A model generated the notes under the pieces. It did no database searches. It had not been told where the DNA came from and saw only the letters and a list, made by a program, of their open reading frames with translations. A program made the position numbers and the translations under genes. A DNA stretch of 64,000 nt. Origin: Octopus sinensis (taxonomy: Eukaryota). This document shows, piece after piece, positions 27,441 to 37,012 of the stretch (positions are counted from its first letter, which is position 1; each line of letters starts with the position of its first letter). Where the stretch lies: the NCBI RefSeq assembly GCF_006345805.1, contig NC_042999.1, positions 41,106,001-41,170,000 on the forward strand, written 5' to 3'.

Positions 27441-28199
27441 TTCTGCATTCATCTTTTGAATACTTCTATGCAAATTCTAATGGATAAAACATGCTTCTGT
27501 AAACAGCAATGGAATAAACATAGAAGACAAGAAGTTTATCAACATTTTTTACTACCCATATATTACCTGGATTTTTTAAACCCGAAATAATCTCTTCATA
27601 ACACATTTTATCAACCCGTGTGCGTTTTTAAAAAAATCGTTTTCTTTATTTCGTGCTACATTTCGCTTCTGTTTCTGATTAATTAATTCCCTTCACATTT
27701 CGTTACTGTTTCAGGCAACATTCTTCTATCGATAATCTCGGTTCTATTTTTGCATCCCTTTGCATGTATGATGTTTAAATAAGAAGAAAAAATGCAAGTG
27801 GCCTTTCACCCACTGTGAAATACTGATACAGCACAGCAGTGTTTACAAGGTTCCATTAGTAGTTAACTTGGCGAGAAAATTGCTAGGAATTAAAAAAACA
27901 CTATATTCTATATGTATGTATGGATGCATGCATGTATGTATGTACATGTATGCATGCATGAATTTATACGGGTGCACCAAATGTTGATCGGTAAAGAATT
28001 TAGATTTGCAATTCTAAAATCCCCGGCTTCATTCCAAACGTTGCATTTTGGCAATATTTTCACTATAAGCAAAAATGAGCCAAGAGAAGTAACTCAAAGT
28101 AGCCCGTGACATGTAACTCAGTAATACAAAAAAATACAGGTATTAGAAATATTATTTACCACGAATCCTTGATTTATTGAAATTATTTCCGCCTTTAGA

Positions 28200-28345
28200 G
28201 GATATATCGTAATTACTAAATGGAAATGAAGACCACCTCTTCCTGAGAAGGGGAGATATTTGCAAGAATTAAGAGTCCTGACGTTCCAATACCTGTCATT
28301 CCATTTAGTACAGACTTGTTGTATGGAGCTATAGCCTCGCTTCAA
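28200..28345 (-). mobile_element. Possible LINE AP-endonuclease N-terminal remnant
   Basis: WNVRTLN matches the (G/A)TWNVRTL start motif of APE domains. No further homology is visible. Confidence 0.4.
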
Positions 28346-28869
28346 AACAAGAATTGTGAGTAAAATTGGTTTGACAGAGACTACGTAGAGATTTTTTTGG
28401 AAATATTGTACCTAGAGTTCAAAATATACTGCTTTGTTCACATAATGTAGCGCCTGTTCTGCTTGTAGAAATATGTTTGTGGAATACTGATCTACTTCTC
28501 GATCTCATTCGATGAGTAATTTATTCCTTTGTAACTCCATACGTTTAAGTGTTAAAGTTGACGGTTCATACATACATACATACATACATACAACAGACGG
28601 ATAATGTATCAATTCGCTACAGCTGTTTCCAACGGATTTTTAATTGATTAATGGAGGTATTACATCATTAGAAAAATCCGTTTCCATCAGGTGATAACAT
28701 GGACCACGACATTCAAAAACATTTAAAATCCAACGGGATGTGGATCTTCATGATTCTATGACCGCTGCTGGTCATAGAATGAATTTTTTTAGTTCTGTTT
28801 ATTCGTATTACTTTTCGAACAAACACTGTGCCTTACCATCTAAGTACCTGATTCACTTGAATCCTGATC

Positions 28870-29325
28870 TATTATATACATCAGTGAAAAAAAGAATACC
28901 TACGTTCAACTATTGACAAATCTGCAGTTGCTCTATCCAGATTACAATTTCATGTTTATACCTGTAACTATTGGGGCCTTGAGATATGTAACACACTGTC
29001 TAAATACCATTCTTGAGAAATTAGGCTTCTCAAAACCAGAAAGGAGAAAGCTAATTCGAAGTCTACAGATCCAATCTATCACTGGAATTGTAAAAATCTG
29101 TAAAACTTTCCAGAAGTTTATCATTTAAATATATATGAGCATGTTTAGATATTCAACTAAATGTATGAGAATACATACATAAAGCAAAACATGCAAATCT
29201 GCTCGAATACATACATACATGCATAGAAAATTACCTCTTGTTGATGTCGAAATTCCAATGAAAGAACCTTGGATCTAGGTTAGAAACAGGCTCTTTCTCT
29301 ATTGACAAGAAATCTTGAAATAAAT
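28870..29325 (+). mobile_element. 3' end of an R4/Dong-like (RLE-type) non-LTR retrotransposon
   Basis: Frame reads EKKNTYVQLLTNLQLLYPDYNFMFIPVTIGALRY...LEKLGF...LQIQSITGIVKICKTF*, typical of the RLE C-terminus (EK..KY..L...P..IGALG), followed by a probable 3' UTR. Confidence 0.65.
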
Positions 29326-29449
29326 GTGAACATGGTCAGACAGACAGACAGACATACATACATACATAACATACATACATCATTTTGGATCCTGTCGGTC
29401 GTGTTTATTAGCGCTCGGCATATAACTGGCTAGTGTATGCATTTGGAAT

Positions 29450-29765
29450 CTCTCTCTAACCGCTCAGTCGAAGTCGACTCTCGGTCACTCGTTGGACCAG
29501 TATCCTCCAGTCAGTTCTGTCCTGGGCCGCTTCCTTCATACTGGCCATGTCCATTCCGGTATCACTTCTGATGGTGTCAAGCCAGCGGGTTCTTGGTCGG
29601 CCTCTTCCTCTCTTGCCACTAACCATTCCGAGCATGATGTCCTTCTCCAGGGATTCTCTCCGCATAATATGACCGAAATATGCCAGTCTACGCTTGTTTG
29701 ATCCCAGCTTCTAGCGACATTTTCGGCCTTATCTGCTTAAGAACTTCTCCATTGGTGAGCCTCGC
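29450..29765 (-). mobile_element. RTE-clade LINE 3' fragment
   Basis: TNGEVLKQI...(frameshift)...YFGHIMRRESLEKDIMLGMVSGKRGRGRPRTRWLD...AAQDRTDWR is the characteristic RTE ORF C-terminus. Confidence 0.88.
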
Positions 29766-30320
29766 TGTCCATGGAATCCGCAAAACGAATACTAATAGAT
29801 TATTATCCCCCTAACGGGACCCGTGGAAACTCCACGAAATGAAAAATGTAAAAAGTATTTAACAAAGAAAGGATGATTTCCATTTTTATTGCATATAAAT
29901 CTTATTGCTGCCTATGCAAAGGCTGATATAAAAATATCCAATAGCGATCATGTGTTAGTATTTAATTCTATTGAAACTCCGAGAACAATATACAGTTGAA
30001 TATTCATTATTACGAAATAGTAGAATTCTATTACAAATTTTCAAAAACTAACATCCATATCTATTTTGCTAGGTTATTTATACTTCCATTATAATATATG
30101 ATTTTAACATTTTCCTTTACTGAACACACACACACACTCTCTCTCTACCTCTGTACCTCTCTACATTTTCAAAAAACTTAGCTATGTATTTCCCTTCTTC
30201 ACCTCGTTAATACTGCTCTCTTTCTCTTCCTCTTCACCTCTCACTTCCACTAACCACGCTGTAGTTAGTGGTGGTGGCTATCTGCTACCTTACAGCATGA
30301 TTAGTCGAACTGGCTGTCTG

Positions 30321-30363
<43 letters not shown>

Positions 30364-31461
30364 GCTCACACTTCCTCTAGACTTCTCTCACTATCACTCC
30401 ACCTCCCACTTTCTCTAAGAAGCTAAATCGCAATGTGTGAACAAATGAACACGTAGAATTATAATATAGATTTGATCATCAAGTCACTAGATTAAATAAT
30501 TTAATCATGATTGTTTCCTGATAGTAAGTATTCTGCAATTCGAGCCTTAGTACAACATTGGTTACACATTGCATGTGATAAGGAAATATGAAATTTTTAT
30601 CTGCCGACACTTCATATACTTGATGTATTTGTAGGTGATTTCTAATTGCGTAATATTCCAAATAGGAATACATGACTATAGTATTGAAACATTTGTAGCA
30701 TCTACATAAATACATACATACATACATACACACACACACGCGCGCGAGTGTGTGTGTGTGATAGGTATCAAAATGTATTATTCAATTAGTATGATCTTTA
30801 TCATTCTTATTCCTATACACTTACATCACTAACATACGGACAGTTTCAAGACTTTGTATACATTTTGTATACATTCTTTTACACACACACCCATTCTTTT
30901 ATACACATCTCTTCCAAGAATAAATGTGTGAGCAACAATCATACCTTGTGTGCGTTAGTGTATAATTCAGAATAAATGGCATATATTTTCACCGCAAAAT
31001 CTTAACTGTTCTAATAGCATTAAGTACATCTGTGCACAGATTAACATTTTTAAACACACACGCGTATGAACCTACACATGTAGCCGCAATGATACATGTT
31101 CATAAACATAACCATCCATGCATGTACATTTACGCATACCGTAAACAACTGTAAAATAATATTCGATTACCTCCCACATTTTTTCTCTGGTGCAACACAT
31201 TCATGTAATACTATATGTACTTTACGATTTTTGCTTTCATCTCAGTTTTCACGATGTAGTGAGGCTTCCCGGTAATGTTAATCGAGAAATTAGTAGATAA
31301 CAAGAAATAGGACAGCTGTCTCAAATGGCATTAATAGGCGGTGATACAGTTTGCGCGCTTGAAATCTTTTAAGTGAATTAGAGATATTTGTTAAGCGGCA
31401 AATCAGGGGATAAGAAACAAGAAGTAAATTATGTATTTTCCCGTGTTTGTGTGGTAAGATA

Positions 31462-31620
31462 TGACTGTCTGCTAAGAAGCTTACTTCCCAAACACATGGT
31501 TCCGGGTTCAATCCCACTGCGTGGCACATAGACGAGTGCCTTCTACTATAGCCTCGGGCCAACCAGAGCCTTGTGAGTGGATTTAGTAGACGGAAACTGA
31601 AAGAAGCCCGTCGTATATAT
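31462..31620 (+). mobile_element. SINE family A, 5' half
   Basis: aagaagcttacttccc...ggttccgggttcaatcccactgcgtggca...gaaagaagcccgtcgtata. Confidence 0.85.
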
Positions 31621-32707
31621 ATATATATATATACATGTAAAATACTAAGAGTGAAAAATTGAATATTAATTTGATTAATATCAATTTAAAACCATTGCTC
31701 TAGCATATTAAAATCTGAAGATTCAGAAAAATTATACTACATACATATAAGAGGGATGACCACTACGTGGACATCCATTGTGCTAGAAGTAAATCCGCTA
31801 TGGTCTGACCACTAAGAAAGGAATGTTCTCAAAAAAAAATTGGCAAACGCCAGAACGTAAGCGAGCAAGACAAATGAAAAGAAACAAAATATAGATTAAT
31901 CATAAACTAGTTTCGCCATTAACACTTACGCAAATTACGTTATTGTCCGTAGCTCCTCAGTATGATCGGTATTGCAAATATAATTTGCAGAACTATACAC
32001 GGCACGTCTGCATGAGATTGAACTGCCGACGGTGGCTCAATTGGCCGAAACTTCGAAGTTTTTGTCAACAACATTCTTGTATAAGAATAATATATATTCA
32101 TTTTCGTATGAGGGCAAGGTTGGGTGTGTGCTTGTCTGAATATTTTCCTTTATACGCTTATTTCTTTGATTGTTCCATTTTAAATCTCTTCTTTACTTCC
32201 TTTGTATTCTTTGTATATTAGTCGTTTATTTATTATTGAATCATCTGCCAAACAAAATGTCTGCAGTTTGACATTTACAGTCATAATAGTGTTTATAAGC
32301 AGTTTTCATCCTCCTTTTATATGAATCACTAAGTCGTAACCTATTCTTTACTTATAAGAAAGATCTGCTGTTACTCAACTGTAACTGTCACTATCAACGG
32401 AAGAACACTTTAGGTAAATGGGAATTTGTCGATATATTTTTTGACATAAATGAAAATATTGAAACGAATAGAAATACTAACATTGCTACTTTTGGCTGAG
32501 TCACGAAGAAATAATAATAATTATAAGTACCTCTCCCCGTCCTCAAACCCCACATGTTTATTCTTACCATAAACACGATCTCATCTCGAGCATCTACATT
32601 ACACTGTCAGCTAAAATGCTATATTATGATTCACTAAATATAGAGTTCTTTACATCTTTTTACTACCACAATAGATCCAAAAATTCACAACTGTCGTATA
32701 ATGTCAA

Positions 32708-33657
32708 TTGGCGAGCTGGCTGAATCGTAGCGCACCAAACAATATGCTTACCAGCATTTCGTCAATCTTCACGTTCCCGGTTCAAATTCCACCGAAGTCG
32801 ACGAAATAAATACCTTTTGAGCACTGACGTTGATGTAATCGACTAACTTCTACCGCGAAAATTGCTGACCTTCTCCCAAAATTTGAGACTATTATTAAAG
32901 TTATGAATAAGTCAGCGAGCTGGGTGATATATTAAGCTCGGCCGACAAAATGGTTACCGGTATTTCGTCCGTATTTACGTCGTGATTTCAAATTCTATCA
33001 AGCCTTTCATCTGTTTCGGTGTCGATGAACTAAATTACCAGTTGGGCGCTGGGGCCGATGTAATCGACCAACCTCTTATCCACGAAATTGTTGACCTCGT
33101 TCCGAAATTTGAAACGATTATTAAACTTATGAATGAAGAGGTGAGCTGGCTGGAACGGTAGCACGCTGGATAAAATAGCAGCATCTCGTAAGCCTTCACG
33201 TTTTTTGGCTGAAATTACACAGAAGTCGATTATGTCATTCATAATCTCTTTCGGCGTCGACAAGATAAGTACCAGTTATGTACTGGGGATCGATGTAATC
33301 GACTATCCTCCTCCCCCAAATTTGAGGCCTTGTGCCTACAGTAGAAAGGATTTATTAAAGATATAAATAAGTCGGCGTGCTGGGAGATTCGTTAGCGCAC
33401 CGAGCAAAATGCTTATCAGCATTTCGTCCGTTTTTACGTTCTGAGTTCAAATTCCATTCAAATGAAAGGCAAAGGTCAACTTTGCCCTTCATCCTTTCGG
33501 GGTCGATAAAATAAGTTGTGAGTTCAAATTCTGCTAAGCCTTTCATCTCTTTCGGTGTCGATGAACAAAGTGCTAGCTGGGCGTTTGAGTTGATATAATC
33601 GACTATTCGACAATCACAAGATATCAGGCTTTGTGCCTAGCATGCAAAGGATTATTA
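32708..33657 (+). mobile_element. Head-to-tail array of about 4-5 diverged SINE B units
   Basis: Heads g(c/t)g(a/t)gctgg near 32710, 32915, 33142 and 33374, each followed by a B core and gatgtaatcgac tail; the last unit has an internal duplication. Confidence 0.8.
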
Positions 33658-34399
33658 GAACTGCGAATATACGATGGCGTGGCGTTTACTATAAATCCAC
33701 ATTTGCATGGTGCTTCATAAAAAACCCCAACTCTAATCCGAATATCTCCGAAACAAGTCTCATAGCCCCGAGACAAGTCAGTACTGGACACTAAGGGAGT
33801 AAAGTAAAATACTCTATGGTAGAATAAGGAGTCTCCAGAGGAACGCAGTTTTTGTGCTGTATGCTTCCCCCAATACTTGAAAAATCAAACTGTGTTGACA
33901 CTAGATGTGCTGCTTCAGAAATGCTCTAATGACCTTTAATCGCTCAGTGAAAAGACCATTAGATTTTTTTTTCTTTATTTTCTTACATTTTTTTTCTTTT
34001 TCGTTATTTACACAGTTTTTGTCGTTGGCACTACGCTAGTTTTGTTTATATCATACAGCGCAGTGATCTACAGAAAGTATAAATATTTCGTCCATTATGT
34101 TAAAGTAATTGGTTTAACCTATTCTACTTCCTTGCGTGAGACACATGTAGCCGCAGGCCTGTCTTCATATTGAAATTCAGAATAGGCAGATGACACAACT
34201 TTGAAATTTATCACAACGCGAATATGTATGTACGTGTGTGTGTGTGTGTGTGTGTGGATGGGTGGCTTTTTTGTGTGCTTCTATCTGTCTGTTTGTCTGA
34301 ATATCTGTGTCTTACTGTCTATGTGCGTATGTTTGTGAGGTTCATTGTGTGTGTGTGTGTGTGTGTGTCAAGTAAGAAGTAACCGTACACAAAAGGAAA

Positions 34400-34448
34400 T
34401 AACATCATTTGGCAATATATATATGTATATATATATATATATATATAG

Positions 34449-34502
<54 letters not shown>

Positions 34503-34608
34503 GTATATATGTATATATATATGTGTATATATATATGTGTATATATGTGTATATATGTATATATATGTGTATATATGTATATATGTATATATATGTATAT
34601 ATATATAC

Positions 34609-34657
<49 letters not shown>

Positions 34658-34660
34658 ACA
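34400..34660. repeat. Compound (TA)n/(TATG)n microsatellite
   Basis: Read directly; source of the spurious YI/IY-rich ORFs. Confidence 0.95.
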
Positions 34661-34664
34661 ATAT

Positions 34665-34790
34665 AATAAATAAATCATATGCATACATACATACATATAT
34701 GTACATACCTACATCTATATGTATATATGCATGCATATATGAGTACAAGACAAACAACACAAGGAACTTTCCCCTTCTTCAGCTGCCCCT
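34665..34790 (-). repeat. Family K repeat, internally deleted
   Basis: Reverse complement ctgaagaaggggaaagttccttgtgttgtttgtcttgtactcatatatgcatg matches 2248-2470. Confidence 0.65.
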
Positions 34791-34820
34791 GTTTCGACTC
34801 AATGCGTGTTTCGAAGTATA

Positions 34821-34861
<41 letters not shown>

Positions 34862-34983
34862 TAGATAGATAGATATACATATGTATATGTATATATATAT
34901 ATATAATATAGATATATATACATATGTATATGTATATATATATAATATAGATATACATATATATATATATAATATAGATATAC

Positions 34984-35175
34984 TTTTATTACAACTGTAA
35001 AATTATCACAAAACTTTTACTCAGGATTTCACGTTCCTGCTTGTTGGACAGTTGTGAGTAAAACTGAATTAAAATCGTGATGCGTACCGTCACAATTTTC
35101 CTCACAACTGTCCGACGAACAGGAATGTGAAATTCTGAGTAAAAGTCCAATGATAATTTCGCTGCTGTAATAAAA
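34984..35175. mobile_element. Family D inverted pair (putative Penelope-like termini)
   Basis: Arms 34984-35058 and 35101-35175 are imperfect reverse complements with a 42-bp spacer. The right arm carries actgt-CCGACGA-aca(ggaa)tgt-GAAA-ttc(t)gag-TA-aaagt (35107-35146). Confidence 0.65.
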
Positions 35176-35282
35176 GCACATAAGTCTACCTTTGGTATTC
35201 TAGTATTAATTTTTCCATCTTGTTTGGCATTTATGTGCTCACATGTATATATATATCATGATAGCTCGTTAGCTCCTACACG

Positions 35283-35450
35283 CATTTTTTCTCTCCTTGT
35301 TTTTTTTCTGTGTATCTTTCTGTCGAAGAGCGTAGGCTCGAAACGTAAAAGACTTGTTCTATTTCTATTCCTGAGCGCCATACTAATACATTTGTTTGTT
35401 TGTACTCCACCTGCCTTCGTCTTTTGTTTATTTTCGTAAACCTTCCCGTT
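35283..35450 (+). mobile_element. Family C repeat; hammerhead-like motif at 35315-35352 (core CUGUCGA)
   Basis: tcttt-CTGTCGA-a-gagc(gtag)gctc-GAAA-cg-TA-aaaga, with a 5-bp stem I. The family C tail runs into (TA)n. Confidence 0.7.
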
Positions 35451-35465
35451 ATATATATATATATA

Positions 35466-35585
35466 TATCACGTGATCACGTGACCGACCAGACCATCAGA
35501 TGTTGTTACACATCGCTGGTCACAATGCGTTCGCATTGTTTTAGCCTTCGAATGATGCCACCCCGCTGGCTAAGCGAGCAGGCCA
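35466..35585. repeat. GC-richer insert within (TA)n, probably a repeat terminus
   Basis: tcacgtgatcacgtgaccgaccagacc...gctaagcgagcaggccaa is bounded by TA runs on both sides. Single copy in this window. Confidence 0.45.
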
Positions 35586-35590
35586 ATATA

Positions 35591-35656
<66 letters not shown>

Positions 35657-35746
35657 ATATATTATTATTATATTTTTTATATGTATATATATATATTAGA
35701 TTTTTCATTTTTTTTTTCATTTCTTAGGAAAAAGAATGAAAAATCT

Positions 35747-35777
<31 letters not shown>

Positions 35778-36347
35778 ACCAGTATGTTGCATTGTAAGTG
35801 GTTAATCTCATGTAACACATTGGAATATAATAGACATCAACCGTATATATTATTCATATGTTTAAATAACATATAACGCCATAAATGATACATCATTTCT
35901 ATGGATTTACTTAAAATTTCACATCCACATATGATTAATATGACCGAACAATACGAGCTATTCCGTAGGTTTCCCGGTGTTTCGCAGTGCAAAGGCCAAA
36001 TCTAAAATAGATGGAGGGATAGTCAGACAGATAAATAAAATTTAGTTCGAATTTCTTGTACAGGGAACTCACATGTTACCATACGTTATCTTCAGAGTAT
36101 GAGCTGTATATCAACAATCTTAATCTTATTTTTACAGATTAAGGCCATCTTCAAAAGAAAGAAAAGTACATATATACATAACAATGCTAGATGCAGAATT
36201 TAAATGATAAATGAAACCAGCTAGACTAAATATAAATTATTATACCATATAAAATTGGGAATATGTTTAGTATCTGATTTTCATAGACAAATCGAATGAT
36301 ACAGTTCTATATTCAAGAGATGAAGAATTATGTACATTATTTAAATT

Positions 36348-36550
36348 ATTTACATTATTTACATTTGACGGATATTTGTCATCTTGTTTGTTGTTAACGT
36401 TTTGGCTGATATACCCTCCAGCCTTCATCAGGTGTCGTGGGGAAGTTTCCACAATACACCTGATGAAGGCTGGAGGGTATATCAGCCGAAATGTTGTGTT
36501 AACAACAAACAAGACGAGGACAATATCCGTCTAATGTAAATAATGTAAAT
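36348..36550. mobile_element. Family H inverted pair (putative Penelope-like termini)
   Basis: Arms 36348-36435 and 36456-36550 are near reverse complements with a 20-bp spacer. Confidence 0.7.
36456..36499 (+). ncRNA. Minimal type I hammerhead motif with canonical core
   Basis: acac-CTGATGA-a-ggctg(gagggtatat)cagcc-GAAA-tg-TT-gtgt: stem I acac/gtgt, 5-bp stem II, 4-nt stem III AUGU (ACGU in the mirror copy). Confidence 0.65.
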
Positions 36551-37012
36551 GAATGGAATGATGTTCAACGAGTGTTTAAACGTTTCCATTAAATGCTGTA
36601 GTAGTAGTAGTAGTAGTAGTATTAGTCGATCTTGCTTTAAAATGAGAAATATTAATTTAAAAGTAAACAGCATCACTAAATTTCCTTGACCAAGCTTTCT
36701 ATAGTGGAGAGATAAAGCAGGTCATATATGACTTGCAAACTCATAAAAACACTATTAAAGCATAAAAGAAAATTTTCAGTTATTTAATTAACTAGTCTAT
36801 TGGTCAAGGTAAACATTTTTAGAAAGTTCGATAGTTTATGTAAATTTTATGCAATATCTTTGATTTAAATATTTATCATGCTATTTTTATACATATTAAG
36901 ATAAATTTTTTCACAAAGAGAAAACTTACTAAGTTAGAATCAATACATTCAACATCTATTTAACGATGAGCTACAAAAAATTACTTTTTATAACTTCAGC
37001 AAGTAAACGTGT

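Noticed and set aside
32708-33657. CRISPR-like array (also considered for 55294-55365)
   Set aside because: Eukaryotic context and no cas genes. The units are SINEs or an 8-bp motif, not 23-47 bp identical repeats with unique spacers.
34761-34820. Family K (rc gaaacacgcattgagtcgaaacaggggcagctgaagaagggg) as a type II hammerhead
   Set aside because: Stems I and III do not pair convincingly, and the 2248 copy has no matching GAAA arrangement.
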